A stretch of DNA of 64,000 bases, from NCBI GenBank assembly GCA_037189525.1, contig JBBCJC010000001.1, forward strand, positions 320,001 through 384,000. Reading direction: 5' to 3'. The DNA is from Gemmatimonadales bacterium. GTDB taxonomy: Bacteria > Gemmatimonadota > Gemmatimonadetes > Gemmatimonadales > GWC2-71-9. This document shows positions 28,731 to 40,437 of the stretch, piece after piece. Each line of letters begins with the position of its first letter. Positions within the stretch are counted from its first letter, which is position 1. A program made the translations under genes and the position numbers. Below the pieces are notes generated by a model, which searched no databases, was not told the origin of the DNA, and saw nothing but the letters and a program-made list of their open reading frames with translations.

Positions 28731-30148
28731 GCCCCTCTTCCGATCTTCGCGATGCGCTCGCGGCCATCGTCGGCGCACGCTGGGTCAAGACCGCCAACGC
28801 CGAGCGGCGGACCTACGAGGCGGATGGGCTGCCGACCCATGCCTCGGTTCCGATGCTCGCGGTGCTGCCCGGCTCCCGCGAGGAAGTGATCGCGATCATC
28901 AAGCTGCTCGCCGAGCGGAAGGTGTCCTGGGTGGTGCGCGGCGCCGGAACCGGACTGTCGGGCGGTGCGCTGGCCGACCACGCCACCGTCCTGATCCCCC
29001 TGACTCGGCTCAATCGGATCCTGTCGATCGACCCCGTGTCGCGGCGCGCGGTCATCCAACCCGGCGTCGTCAATGCCAAGCTATCGGAAGCGGCTGCGCC
29101 GTTCGGGCTCTACTACGCGCCCGACCCGTCGAGCCAGGCCGCCTGCACCATCGGGGGAAACGTCGCGGAAAATGCCGGCGGGCCGCACTGCCTCAAGTAC
29201 GGCACCACCACCAATCACATCGTGGAAATCGAAGTCGTGCTGGCCGATGGAACCGTGACCCGGCTGGGCAGCCCACAGGGTGAGTCGTGGGGCCCGGATC
29301 TGGTCGGGCTGTTCGTCGGTTCCGAGGGGATGTTCGGGGTCGCGCTGGAGATCACCACCCGGCTCGAGCCCACGCCTGCCGCGGTGCGCACCTTGCTTTC
29401 GGCGTTCGATTCGGTTCGCGCCGCGAGCGAAGCGGTCAGCGCCATCGTCGCATCCGGCGTGGTCCCCGCCGCGCTCGAACTGCTCGACCGGGCCTGCGTC
29501 GCCGCCGTAGAGAACTCGATCTACGCAGCCGGATACCCCACCGACGCGGAAGCAGTCCTGCTGGTGGAGCTTGACGGTACCCGCGCATCGGTCGACGCCG
29601 AAGCGCCCGTGGTCGAAGCCATTCTGCACCGTTTCAAGGCCCAGTCGGTCCGGTCGGCCGAAACGCCGGAGAGCCGCGCCAAGCTCTGGCAGGGTCGCAA
29701 GAAGGCGTTCGGCGCGCTCGGCCGAATCACCGCCGATCTGGTGGTGCAGGACGCGGTCGTGCCGCGCTCGACCCTGCCCGGCATCCTCGACACCATCACG
29801 GAAATCGGCGAGCGCCATCGCCTCCTGATTACCAACGTCTTCCACGCCGGCGACGGCAATCTGCATCCCGTGATCTGCTACGACCAGCGCGATCCGGATC
29901 TCCGCCGCCGAGCCATCCTGGCCAGCCGCGAGATCATGGAGGCCTGCGTCGCGGCGGGTGGCACCATCACGGGCGAGCATGGCGTCGGCTCCGACAAGAT
30001 CGATTACATGCCGCTCATCTTCGACGAGACGAGCCTCGCCACCATGTGCGCCATTCGCAAAGTCTTCGACCCCACCGAGCGGGCCAATCCCGGCAAGGTC
30101 GTCCCGGTCCACAGCTGCCGCGAGTGGCGCGCCGGATGGGTCGCATGA
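28727..30148 (+). CDS. glcD: Glycolate oxidase FAD subunit, GlcD-like
   Basis: RGAGTGLSGG, PDPSSQ, GGPHCLKYG, HAGDGNLHP and GEHGVG. Confidence 0.9.
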   Translation: MSPSSDLRDALAAIVGARWVKTANAERRTYEADGLPTHASVPMLAVLPGSREEVIAIIKLLAERKVSWVVRGAGTGLSGGALADHATVLIPLTRLNRILSIDPVSRRAVIQPGVVNAKLSEAAAPFGLYYAPDPSSQAACTIGGNVAENAGGPHCLKYGTTTNHIVEIEVVLADGTVTRLGSPQGESWGPDLVGLFVGSEGMFGVALEITTRLEPTPAAVRTLLSAFDSVRAASEAVSAIVASGVVPAALELLDRACVAAVENSIYAAGYPTDAEAVLLVELDGTRASVDAEAPVVEAILHRFKAQSVRSAETPESRAKLWQGRKKAFGALGRITADLVVQDAVVPRSTLPGILDTITEIGERHRLLITNVFHAGDGNLHPVICYDQRDPDLRRRAILASREIMEACVAAGGTITGEHGVGSDKIDYMPLIFDETSLATMCAIRKVFDPTERANPGKVVPVHSCREWRAGWVA

Positions 30149-31345
30149 GCAACGCGATCCATCGCGCGCTCGCTGCGCAACTGGGCGATGCCGTCACGCT
30201 CGATCCGTCGGGGCTGCCGCGGGTGGCGCCCGCCTCGACCGACGCCCTGGCCACCGCGCTCGGCGTGGCCAACGAGCACCAGTGGCGGATCCGGATCGAA
30301 GGCAACGGCACCTGGATGCCGGCCGACGCCCCCGCTGACCTCACGGTCACCACCCGCCGGCTCGACCGGATCACCTCGATTGCGTCCGCCGATCTGGTGG
30401 CCACGGTGCAATCGGGCGTCGCCATCGGGACGCTGGCGCAATCGCTTGCCGCGCATAAGGCGTGGCTGGCGCTCGACCCGCCCGGCGCCCCGGAACGTTC
30501 GATTGGCTCCGTGCTCGCTACCGCCACGCCCGGCCCGGCGCGCTACCGTTTCGGGACCGTACGCGACCATGTGCTCGGCACTACGGTCGTGACCGGCGAT
30601 GGCCGGGTCGTGCGCGCCGGCGGGTCGGTCGTCAAGAACGTGGCGGGCTACGATCTGACCAAGCTGCAGATCGGCGGCTTCGGCGCGTTCGGTGTCATTG
30701 CCGATGTCAATCTCCGCCTCCGGGCGCTCCCCGCGGCCCGGCTGCTGCTGACCGCGACCGGCGCGCTCGATCCGCTCTTTCACGCCGGCCGAGCCCTGGT
30801 CGACGCCGCGATCGACGCCACCACCATCGAACTCCTCTCGCCCGGGGTGACCAATCGGGCCGACTGGATGCTGATCGTGGAACTCGCCGGCACCGAAGCG
30901 GGCGTCGATGCGGAGCTGGCGAGAGCGGCGGCCCTGGCGCCGGTGCTACGCCCCTCGCCCGAAGCGCAGGCCGGTGTGACCAACGCGCTGGCCCAGGCTT
31001 TCCTCGAAGGGGCGATCTCCCTGCGCGCCGGGGCGCTGCCGCCGTCCTTGCCCGCCCTGGCCGATGCCGTCGAATCGCAGCTTGGCCCGGGACGGATGAG
31101 TCTGGGCGTAGGCGGAGGCGGGTTCCGCTGGGCCGGCAATGCCGCGGTACCCGATCTGCTCGAGTTCCGCCGCTCGCTGGCTGAGCAGGAAATTCCACTG
31201 ACCATCGAGCGGGCGCCTTGGCCCATCCGTTCGGCCGTCGGTCACTTCGGCGCCTTCCGCGAAGGGGTGGGTACTCTGACGACCAGGCTCCGCGCCGTCT
31301 TCGATCCGAGCAACATCCTGACCGCCCCACTCGAAGGACAGCGTG

Positions 31346-31353
<8 letters not shown>
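30145..31353 (+). CDS. glcE: Glycolate oxidase subunit, GlcE-like
   Basis: GGSVVKNVAGYDLTKL and FDP. ATGA overlap with glcD. Confidence 0.87.
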
Positions 31354-32617
<1,264 letters not shown>

Positions 32618-32619
32618 CC

Positions 32620-33612
32620 ATGGAATCGATCCCTCGCTCGCCTGCGCAGCTGTTGCGGCTCCGCTCCGCTCCGATTCGGGTTCCCGATCGCCTCGCCATT
32701 TTCCGGATTGCCGGACCGGGCGCCGAGCAGTGCCTGCAGGGTCTCCTGACCAACGACGTCAGCAAGCCGGGCGTCGACGCGTTGATCTACGGCGCGCTGC
32801 TGACGCCCAAGGGCATGATCGTGGTCGACTACTGGGTCGTCCGGCTCGCCGACGCCTTCCTGTTCGCCACCGACCTTTCAGCGCAGCAAGCGTCACTCGA
32901 TCTCTTTCGCCGCCAGCTGCCGCCCCGGCTGGCTAAGGTGACCGACCTGACCGACAGCTGGGATGCTCGCTGGCTTCTCGGTACGGGTACCGACGCCTGG
33001 ATCGACGCCGCCGGCGGCACTCGCCCGGAGCCGGGTCGGGTACGCCGCCTTCCGGTCGGATCGGGTGACATCCTGGTCGGCGCCCCGTCCTCCCACCGGG
33101 CCGGCTTCCGATACTTGGTCCTGGGCCCATCCGATCTCCTCCGCGATGCGGATGCCCTGCTTGGCGGCGGCGGCGCGGCGGGTGAGCTCGCGGACGTGAG
33201 AGCCGCCCGGGTGCTCGCCGGGTTTCCCTCGCTCGGGGCCGAGATCGACGACAAAACCCTGCCCCAGGAAGTGGACTTCGACGGCATCGGCGGGATCTCC
33301 TACACCAAGGGATGCTACGTGGGACAGGAGACGGTGGCGCGGCTCCATTTCCGCGGCCACGCCAACTGGTTGCTGCGCGGCGTCGAGGTCACCGGCGACC
33401 GCGCCGGACTCACCGATCCGGTCGAGCGAGACGGCAAGCCGGTCGTGCGCATCGGCACCTTGATCGAGCTTGGTCCGCATCAGGCCATCGGGCTCGCCAA
33501 GGTGCGGCGCGAAGTGGAACCGGAAACGATGCTCGAGCTATCGGGAGTGACGATTCGCGTGGTGGCCCTGGACGCCGAACCCGGATTCTCTCCGCCGCTC
33601 GACTCCGCCTGA
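32620..33612 (+). CDS. YgfZ/GcvT-like folate-binding protein
   Basis: LQGLLTND and the KGCYVGQE signature. Confidence 0.92.
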   Translation: MESIPRSPAQLLRLRSAPIRVPDRLAIFRIAGPGAEQCLQGLLTNDVSKPGVDALIYGALLTPKGMIVVDYWVVRLADAFLFATDLSAQQASLDLFRRQLPPRLAKVTDLTDSWDARWLLGTGTDAWIDAAGGTRPEPGRVRRLPVGSGDILVGAPSSHRAGFRYLVLGPSDLLRDADALLGGGGAAGELADVRAARVLAGFPSLGAEIDDKTLPQEVDFDGIGGISYTKGCYVGQETVARLHFRGHANWLLRGVEVTGDRAGLTDPVERDGKPVVRIGTLIELGPHQAIGLAKVRREVEPETMLELSGVTIRVVALDAEPGFSPPLDSA

Positions 33613-33618
33613 CCTCCG

Positions 33619-33660
33619 GAAAACAACGAGCCCCGGCAACCAGAACGTCGCCGGGGCCCT
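33619..33660 (-). terminator. Terminator hairpin between convergent genes
   Basis: GCCCCGGC...GCCGGGGC, with a U-rich tail (GTTGTTTT) on the minus strand. Confidence 0.65.
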
Positions 33661-33680
33661 TCACACTGATGATGAGACGC

Positions 33681-33869
33681 TTACTGCGGAGTCGCCGCAG
33701 TGGCGGTGTCACGCGCGACCGTGGTGTCGGTCGTGCTGTCGACGGCAGCCGGCGGGACGACCGGAGCGACGACGGCGGCGGTATCGACCGCCGGAACTTC
33801 TTCGGCCTTCTTTTCACCGCAGGCGGCCAGGACCAGCACCGACGCGGCGGCCAACACGTACTTGGACAT
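33681..33869 (-). CDS. Small low-complexity lipoprotein
   Basis: SD TAAGGAG, lipobox LAAC, and an Ala/Thr/Asp-rich mature part. Confidence 0.85.
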   Translation of the reverse strand: MSKYVLAAASVLVLAACGEKKAEEVPAVDTAAVVAPVVPPAAVDSTTDTTVARDTATAATPQ

Positions 33870-33945
33870 TCCTACTCCTTACGCAACCGAGGGTTACTTT
33901 GTCAGTGGTCGACAGGAGCCGGTGAGCGCTGTTCCACTGCGGTTG

Positions 33946-33973
33946 AAGATAGGAACCGGCCCCATCTTGTCAA
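33946..33973 (-). promoter_or_regulatory. Sigma70 promoter of the small lipoprotein
   Basis: TTGACA-16 nt-TATCTT on the minus strand. Confidence 0.7.
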
Positions 33974-34101
33974 TCAGGGCAACGACTTAGCTCCACTTTG
34001 CCTGGTTGGAATATGCCCTGCTGCGCCGAAACGACACCCGAACACAAACCGAACGAGGCGTGACTTCGCAGCACGGAGCCAAACGCCGGAATGACAGGCC
34101 G

Positions 34102-35547
34102 ATGGAACGACCCACTACCCTTGGCGGACTCCGCGCCAGTCCGTATGTCGGCGCCCGCAGCATCCACGACGAGATCCGGGCCAATCTGCTGGCGGCCCTG
34201 GCCCGCGGCGAAACCCTCTTTCCCGGGATCCAGGGATACGAGGACACCGTCGTGCCGCAGGTGGTCAATGCTCTGCTCGCCCGTCAGGATTTCATTCTGC
34301 TGGGCCTCCGCGGCCAGGCCAAGAGCCGCTTGCTGCGCGGCCTGACCCGCTTTCTCGATGCGGCCGTTCCGGTGGTGGCCGGCAGCGAAATCAACGACGA
34401 CCCCTTCGCCCCGATTTCCCGATACGCTCGCGACATCCTTGCTGCGCAGGGCGACGCCACCCCGATCACCTGGCTGCCGCGTGAAGCGCGCTACGTGGAG
34501 AAGCTGGCGACCCCCGATGTGACCATCGCCGACCTGATCGGCGACATCGACCCGATCAAGGCCGCCAAGGGCGGTCATACGCTGGGTGACGAACTCACCA
34601 TGCACTACGGCCTGCTGCCTCGGGCCAATCGCTGCATCTTTGCCATCAACGAGTTGCCCGATTTGAGCGGCAAGATTCAGGTCGGGCTCTTCAACATCAT
34701 GCAGGAAGGCGACGTCCAGATCAAAGGGTACCCGGTGCGTCTGCCCCTCGACGTGGCGCTCGTGTTCACCGCCAATCCGGAGGACTACACCGCCCGCGGG
34801 AAAATCGTCACCCCGCTCAAAGATCGGATCGGCGCCGAAATCCAGACGCACTATCCCCGCGCGGTGGAGATGGGCATGGCCATCACCGCCCAGGAAGCCT
34901 GGGTCGACCGCGGCGAGCTCGAGGTCCGGACCCCGGAGTTCATGCGGGAGCTGATCGAACGGGTGGCCTTCGAAGCCCGGAGCGACCGCCGGATCGACAA
35001 ACGCTCCGGCGTCAGCCAGCGCCTCCCCATCAGCCTGCTCGAAAATGTGGTGTCCAACGCGGAGCGGCGCGGCATCATGCGCGGCGAGCGATCGGTCGTG
35101 CCGCGCATCGGCGACTGCTACGCCTCGCTTCCCGCCATCACCGGCAAACTCGAACTCGAGTACGAAGGCGAACTGCAAGGCGCGGAAACGATCGCCAAGG
35201 ATCTGGTGCGCCGCGCTGCGCAGCGGACCTTTGTGTCCCGCGCCGAGCACGTCGGCCCGGAAGGGATCGAGGAGGTGGTGGCGTGGTTCGACGGCGGCGG
35301 AGCCCTGCGGATCGGCGGCGATGAGCGGACCGAGCTCTGCCTCAAGGCCTTCCACACCGTCCCCGGTCTGATCTCGCTTGCCGAGCAAGTGGCCGGTGGT
35401 TCCGAGCCGACACCAGGCGACCTGGTCTCGGCGGCGGAGCTGGCCCTCGAAGCCCTCACCGCGCAGAAGCGGATCAGCCGGAGCGACGATCTGGGATGGA
35501 CCGCCGCCCGGTTCGGACGGGAGCGGCGCCGCGACCCGGATGATTGA
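34102..35547 (+). CDS. AAA+ ATPase, magnesium chelatase/MoxR-like
   Basis: GLRGQAKS (variant Walker A), FAINELPDL and [19 protein letters not shown]. Confidence 0.9.
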   Translation: MERPTTLGGLRASPYVGARSIHDEIRANLLAALARGETLFPGIQGYEDTVVPQVVNALLARQDFILLGLRGQAKSRLLRGLTRFLDAAVPVVAGSEINDDPFAPISRYARDILAAQGDATPITWLPREARYVEKLATPDVTIADLIGDIDPIKAAKGGHTLGDELTMHYGLLPRANRCIFAINELPDLSGKIQVGLFNIMQEGDVQIKGYPVRLPLDVALVFTANPEDYTARGKIVTPLKDRIGAEIQTHYPRAVEMGMAITAQEAWVDRGELEVRTPEFMRELIERVAFEARSDRRIDKRSGVSQRLPISLLENVVSNAERRGIMRGERSVVPRIGDCYASLPAITGKLELEYEGELQGAETIAKDLVRRAAQRTFVSRAEHVGPEGIEEVVAWFDGGGALRIGGDERTELCLKAFHTVPGLISLAEQVAGGSEPTPGDLVSAAELALEALTAQKRISRSDDLGWTAARFGRERRRDPDD

Positions 35548-35553
35548 TCCGGC

Positions 35554-36207
35554 TCAGGGACGAGCCGAACGGCGCTCGAGGGTTTCGTGGGGCCAGCGGA
35601 TCTTGGCCCGCCCCACGATGGTGTCGACGGTCTGATCGATCCCGAGGGCCGCCGTGTTGAGGACGAGGTGGTACTTCGAGGCATCCCGCCAATCCCGCCC
35701 GTAGTACAACTCGTGATAGCGGGCCCGCGCCGCATCAGACCGGGTAATCTCCGCAGCCGCTTGCTCCGGAGTACACCCCGACCGCAATACGATGGCATCG
35801 ATCCTGGTCTGGCGCGGCGCCACCACTTTGACGTGCAGCGCGTCGCGCTCGCCGCCCAGGACCGCCGACGCGGCCCGGCCCACCATCACCACGCGCCCGT
35901 CCCGGCTCGCATCGGCCACCGCCGCTTCGGTCACTCGGACCAGCTTGGCCTCTTCGAGTTCCGGGATCTCCTCCGAAGGCGCCGCCTGAATCTCCGGGGC
36001 CGCATTGCTCAACGCGCGCACCAGGCGTTCCACAAATCCCGGCGCCCGCTCCTCCCGCTCGGCCACTTCCTCGGGCGTCAGGCCCGAACGGTCGGCGATC
36101 TGATCGATCAACTCGTTATCGACCACGCGCCAGCCCAGCGCCGACGCCACCTGCCGCGCCACCAGAGCGCCGCCGGCGCCGATTTCCCGAGACAAGGTGA
36201 TGATCAT
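35554..36207 (-). CDS. Cytidylate kinase-like family protein
   Basis: MIITLSREIGAGG, VMVGR and YHLVLNT. ATGA overlap with the MFS gene. Confidence 0.9.
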   Translation of the reverse strand: MIITLSREIGAGGALVARQVASALGWRVVDNELIDQIADRSGLTPEEVAEREERAPGFVERLVRALSNAAPEIQAAPSEEIPELEEAKLVRVTEAAVADASRDGRVVMVGRAASAVLGGERDALHVKVVAPRQTRIDAIVLRSGCTPEQAAAEITRSDAARARYHELYYGRDWRDASKYHLVLNTAALGIDQTVDTIVGRAKIRWPHETLERRSARP

Positions 36208-37505
36208 GCGGTACTCCCGGTCGCCGACACTTCTTCGTTGGGCGGAGGCGGGGGCCGGAAAAAGCCCATACGCCAGGATACCGTCACCGCAGCCATCAGA
36301 CAAATCGCGCCGCCCATACCGATGGCAAAGGACGGCCCGAACCGCTCACCCACCCAGGAGGCCTGCGCCGAACCGAACGGCGCCATGCCGATCACGATGA
36401 AGGCGTAGAGCCCGACCACCTGGCCCCGGATATGATCGGGCGCGCTGGTCTGTAGGATGGTGTTGGTCATGATCGCGTTGAGCGCCATACAGAGGCCGGC
36501 CACCACGAGCAGGACCGCCGATGCCGTGTAGGAATGGATGATGCCGATCAAGAGGAGACTGCTGCCCAGACCGAGCCCCGCCGTGAAGGCTACCCGCTCC
36601 CTCGGAAACCGCTGACCGATTGCCGCGAGCATCAAGGCTCCGGACGCCGCGCCGATACCGAAGGACGCGAGCAGGCCGCCGAAGCCCTCGACTTCGACGC
36701 CAAGCGTTTTCCGGGCGTACGCCGGCAGGATGGCCGTCAGCGATGCGCCGAAGAGGGTGAACGTGGTGGTCAGGATCACCAGGGCGCGCGGTAAGCGAAG
36801 CCCGAGCACGTGATCGATCCCGGCGCGATACCCGGTCCGCCGAATCACCGACGGCGCCGCCCCCAGGTTCGCATCGATCTTGTAGAGACCGATCAGCACC
36901 GCAAGGAAACTCGCGGCATTGATGAAGAAGCAGGCGGCCGAGCCCAGTATCGCGCTGACCAGACTGCCCAGCGCGGGGCCGAAGACGCGGGACAGATTGA
37001 ACGCGGAGCTGTTGAGCGCAATCGCGCTCATCAGATGCTGCTTGCCCACCATCTCGACCAGATAGGCCTGCCGGATCGGGATCTCGAAGGCGCTGATCAG
37101 TCCGGCGCACGCCGCGAGCAGGTAGATCAGCGGAACCGTAATCCATCCCATCACCGTCAGAATGCCGAGCGCCAGGGCTTCGACCAGAAACGCCGTCTGC
37201 AGCATCATCAGCCAGCGGCGTTTGTTGACCCGGTCGGCCACGATCCCGCCGTAGAGCGTGAACAGCAGCACCGGCAAGGCGTTGAGGGTGACGACCAGTC
37301 CGGTCTTGAGGGTGGAATCGGTGAGCTCGAGCACCAGCCACGAGAGCGCCACCGTCTGCATCCACGACCCGCAGAGGGAGACGAACTGACCCGCAATGAA
37401 GAGCCGAAAGTTGCGACTCTGGAGCGCACCGATCGACAGGAGGCCCCGTCCGACGGATTCACCGGCCCGGCGTAAGAATGGGAGCACGGACCGGAAGATA
37501 GTCAC
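36204..37505 (-). CDS. MFS transporter
   Basis: RNFRLFIAGQFVS, GIVADRVNKRR and about 12 TM helices. Confidence 0.93.
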   Translation of the reverse strand: MTIFRSVLPFLRRAGESVGRGLLSIGALQSRNFRLFIAGQFVSLCGSWMQTVALSWLVLELTDSTLKTGLVVTLNALPVLLFTLYGGIVADRVNKRRWLMMLQTAFLVEALALGILTVMGWITVPLIYLLAACAGLISAFEIPIRQAYLVEMVGKQHLMSAIALNSSAFNLSRVFGPALGSLVSAILGSAACFFINAASFLAVLIGLYKIDANLGAAPSVIRRTGYRAGIDHVLGLRLPRALVILTTTFTLFGASLTAILPAYARKTLGVEVEGFGGLLASFGIGAASGALMLAAIGQRFPRERVAFTAGLGLGSSLLLIGIIHSYTASAVLLVVAGLCMALNAIMTNTILQTSAPDHIRGQVVGLYAFIVIGMAPFGSAQASWVGERFGPSFAIGMGGAICLMAAVTVSWRMGFFRPPPPPNEEVSATGSTA

Positions 37506-37573
37506 GCCCGGAAATCGGTCCGACCACGACCCTTCCTGTTGCCGTGGCCGGCCCGAGTCGGCACCTTATCAGG

Positions 37574-38866
37574 ATGCGGTACACCACCTACGCCAAGTTC
37601 ACCCCCGGACTGGCCGACGCCGTCAATCTCCAGGCACTGCTCGACGAGTTGGGGGACTTTCTGCTCCAGTCCGGCTTTGCCGGCAGCGACGCTGACTGGC
37701 CCTGGTGGGCGCCACCTCCCGAAGGGGGAGACCGCACGCTCGACACGCTGCGGCAGGCCATCCTCGACGCGCTGATCCACTCGAACCAGCTGACCCCCGA
37801 GATGGTACGCTATCTCCGCGGCGAACCGTCGGGCGATGAGGCCAAAGATGCCGAGCTGGCGGCGCAATTGGCCGCGCTGATCGATTCGCTGATCGAACGG
37901 CTGATGGCCGAGGGATACCTCAAGACCCGCCCAATGCCCCAAGCCCCTTCGGGATACTCGGCAGTCACGGGCCCCGGCGGTCAGGCGCGCGCCGCCGCCG
38001 AGCAGGTCCATTTCGAGCTGACCGACAAGGGCCTCGATTTTCTCGGCCATCGCACACTCAAGCACCTCCTGGGCACCGCGGGGAAGTCCAGTCTCGGCGC
38101 TCACGAAACCCGCCTGCTCTCCACCGGCATCGAAGCCGAGGGATCGTCACGCCCCTACCAGTTCGGCGACACCCTGAATCTCGACGTCCCGGGCACCCTC
38201 GCGAGCGCCATCGCCCGGCACGGTCTGTCGGTCCCGCTCGACCTGGACTACGACGATCTCCAGGTCCACCAGTCCGAGTACCGCTCCTCGGCGGCGACCG
38301 TGCTGATGCTCGACTGCTCCCATTCGATGATCCTCTACGGCGAGGACCGCTTCACTCCCGCCAAGAAAGTGGCGTTGGCGCTCACCCATCTGATTCGGAC
38401 CCAGTTCCCGGGTGACACCCTCAAGCTCGTTCTTTTCCACGACTACGCCGAAGAGATTCCACTTGCTGCGCTGCCGTCGGCTCAGGTCGGCCCCTATCAC
38501 ACCAATACCGCCGACGGCCTCAAACTCGCGCGACGGCTGCTGATGGCGCAGAAGAAGGAGATGCGGCAGATCATCATGATCACCGACGGGAAGCCGTCCG
38601 CCATGACGGGACCGTCCGGACAGACCTACGTCAACGCTATGGGACTCGATCCCGAGATCCTAGACGTCACCTTCCGCGAGGTCGCCGCCTGCCGGCAAAG
38701 CGGGATCGTGATCAACACCTTCATGCTCGCCCGGGAGCCGAGCCTGGTGGAGTTCGTCAAACAGGTTTCCGAGATCTGCCGCGGCAAGGCGTACTTCACC
38801 AACACGATGACCCTGGGCCAATTCATCCTGATGGATTTCATGCGGCGCCGGACCACCCGGGGCTGA
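37574..38866 (+). CDS. VWA domain protein, probable partner of the AAA+ ATPase
   Basis: MIDAS motif DCSHSM, plus TNT and MITDGKPS. Confidence 0.9.
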   Translation: MRYTTYAKFTPGLADAVNLQALLDELGDFLLQSGFAGSDADWPWWAPPPEGGDRTLDTLRQAILDALIHSNQLTPEMVRYLRGEPSGDEAKDAELAAQLAALIDSLIERLMAEGYLKTRPMPQAPSGYSAVTGPGGQARAAAEQVHFELTDKGLDFLGHRTLKHLLGTAGKSSLGAHETRLLSTGIEAEGSSRPYQFGDTLNLDVPGTLASAIARHGLSVPLDLDYDDLQVHQSEYRSSAATVLMLDCSHSMILYGEDRFTPAKKVALALTHLIRTQFPGDTLKLVLFHDYAEEIPLAALPSAQVGPYHTNTADGLKLARRLLMAQKKEMRQIIMITDGKPSAMTGPSGQTYVNAMGLDPEILDVTFREVAACRQSGIVINTFMLAREPSLVEFVKQVSEICRGKAYFTNTMTLGQFILMDFMRRRTTRG

Positions 38867-38893
38867 GCCGGTCCCGGCTCGGCAGGTCTCGAC

Positions 38894-38930
38894 TTGCTAC
38901 AGAAATAAACTGATATTATTTTTTCTGCAG
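38894..38930 (+). promoter_or_regulatory. TA promoter/operator, probably leaderless
   Basis: AT-rich. TTGCTA-17-TATTTT, imperfect inverted repeat CTACAGAAATAA/TTTTTTCTGCAG, and ATG immediately after. Confidence 0.6.
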
Positions 38931-38931
38931 A

Positions 38932-39309
38932 ATGACACACCCACTTCCGACCACCTCCCCGCATCCGGAACCGGTCCTGTCGAAGGCCGTGGTCCGAGCC
39001 GCGACCCTGCTCGGGTTGAACCAGAGCGAGTTGGCCGAGATCCTGGGCATCAGCCCGGCCTCGGCGTCGCGCCTGGTGGCCGGCCGGTATCAGCTCGCGC
39101 CGGGACGCGGCAAGGAATGGGAGCTCGGGGTCCTGTTGGTCCGCCTCTTCCGGTCGCTCGATGCCATCGTCGGGCACGGCGAGGCAGCCGCGATCTGGCT
39201 CCGCGGGCACAACAGCGACCTGAACGGCAAGCCCGTGGCGCTGATCGGCACGGCGGAAGGCCTGGTCCGGGTCATTCACCACCTCGACGCCGTCCGTGGC
39301 CGAGTTTGA
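38932..39309 (+). CDS. Xre/MbcA/ParS-type antitoxin
   Basis: HTH LGLNQSELAEILGISPASASRL and C-terminal WLRGHNSDLNGKP...HLDAVRG. Confidence 0.9.
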   Translation: MTHPLPTTSPHPEPVLSKAVVRAATLLGLNQSELAEILGISPASASRLVAGRYQLAPGRGKEWELGVLLVRLFRSLDAIVGHGEAAAIWLRGHNSDLNGKPVALIGTAEGLVRVIHHLDAVRGRV

Positions 39310-40021
39310 CCCGATAACGGTAAGGCTGGCGGTGTGGCGCGCGGTCGAAGCGCAGCACATCGTCTCGACCATGGTGCTGGTCGACACCGCCGACGAACAA
39401 CGCCTGCTGGAAGATCTCCTCGAAGCGCACAAACCCGCCGTACCCGCCGACGCCTCCCGGCTGCACTATCTCCTGTTCACGCCGTTCCGCTACCCGACGA
39501 GCGAGTTCGGCTCGCGCTTTCGCGCGCCGCACGACCCCGGGGTGTTCTATGGCGCCGATGAGATTCGCACGGCCTGTGCGGAGGTGGGATACTGGCGTTG
39601 GCGCTTCCTGATGGCGAGCCCGGCGCTGCCGGAACTCGAGCCCCGCGAGCAGACGGTCTTTCAGTCCCAGCTGCGCGGCCCCGCCATCGACCTGCGCACG
39701 CCGCCGTACCTGCGCCGCCGACGCGCCTGGACCGACCCCGATGACTACGGCCCCTGCCAGACGCTGGCCCGCCAGGCGCGCAGCACGGGGGTCCAGGTGA
39801 TCCGCTACCAGTCGGTGCGCGATCCGGAGTCCGGCGGCTGCGCAGCAGTGCTGTCACCCGCCGCGTTTGCCCGCCGTACCCCACTCAAGCTGGAATCGTG
39901 GTATCTCGCAGTGTCACGCGACCGGGTCCGCTGGTATCGGGGCCGGCTCACCGGCCCCGGACGTCACTTCGAATTTCTCATGTCCCCCCGCGAGGCCCGA
40001 AGCAGCACGCCGACCGAGTAA
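39296..40021 (+). CDS. RES domain toxin (NAD+ phosphorylase family)
   Basis: WRAVE, GSRFR, GVFYGA..TACAE and IRYQSVR. Overlaps the antitoxin. Confidence 0.92.
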   Translation: MAEFDPITVRLAVWRAVEAQHIVSTMVLVDTADEQRLLEDLLEAHKPAVPADASRLHYLLFTPFRYPTSEFGSRFRAPHDPGVFYGADEIRTACAEVGYWRWRFLMASPALPELEPREQTVFQSQLRGPAIDLRTPPYLRRRRAWTDPDDYGPCQTLARQARSTGVQVIRYQSVRDPESGGCAAVLSPAAFARRTPLKLESWYLAVSRDRVRWYRGRLTGPGRHFEFLMSPREARSSTPTE

Positions 40022-40029
40022 GCCGCTGT

Positions 40030-40437
40030 TGATAGCCCATCTGCAGGAGCGACCCGTTCGGGAGCTGAAAGACGAGCCACCCCGATCATGGCTCCCATCG
40101 GCGCCAGCCACCGGCACCGGCACCGGCACCGGGACCGTGGGCAGCGTCGCTCCGTATCGGATACTCACACCAAGGCCTACAGCAAGTACCACGGCAGCCG
40201 CCGCCGCGCCGGCACACTGCGCAACGATGTACGGAGCAACCATCCTGACCGGGAACCGACCCGTCGACCACAGTGCCACCGTTACGGCCGGATTGATATG
40301 CGCTCCGGAAATGGGACCGAGCGCGTAGACGACCACCGACACCGCCGCACCAAACGCAATGGCAACGCCGAGATGCGTGATCATGCCGCTTCGACAAGTG
40401 CTCGACGCAATACCCCGTCAGACGGCGACTCGCTCAT
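40030..40437 (-). pseudogene. MIP/aquaporin (arsenite channel-like) pseudogene with internal deletions
   Basis: ATG coupled to the upstream stop gives MSESPSDGVLRRALVEAA*. After a frameshift it reads ISGAHINPAVT (first NPA). After a CCGGTG repeat it shifts again to the TM6-like WLAPMGAMIGWLVFQ. The second NPA is absent. Confidence 0.85.

Noticed and set aside
33666..33700. CTGATGA hammerhead core
   Set aside because: No stem II followed by GAAA, and it overlaps a gene end and terminator.
40109..40132. (CACCGG)n tandem repeat as a phase-variation tract
   Set aside because: A hexamer unit does not shift the frame, and it lies at a deletion junction in a pseudogene.
39914..40384. 156-aa aquaporin ORF as a functional gene
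   Set aside because: It has only one NPA, lacks TM1 and TM4-5, and its C-terminus is out of frame and overlaps the RES toxin. Treated as a pseudogene.
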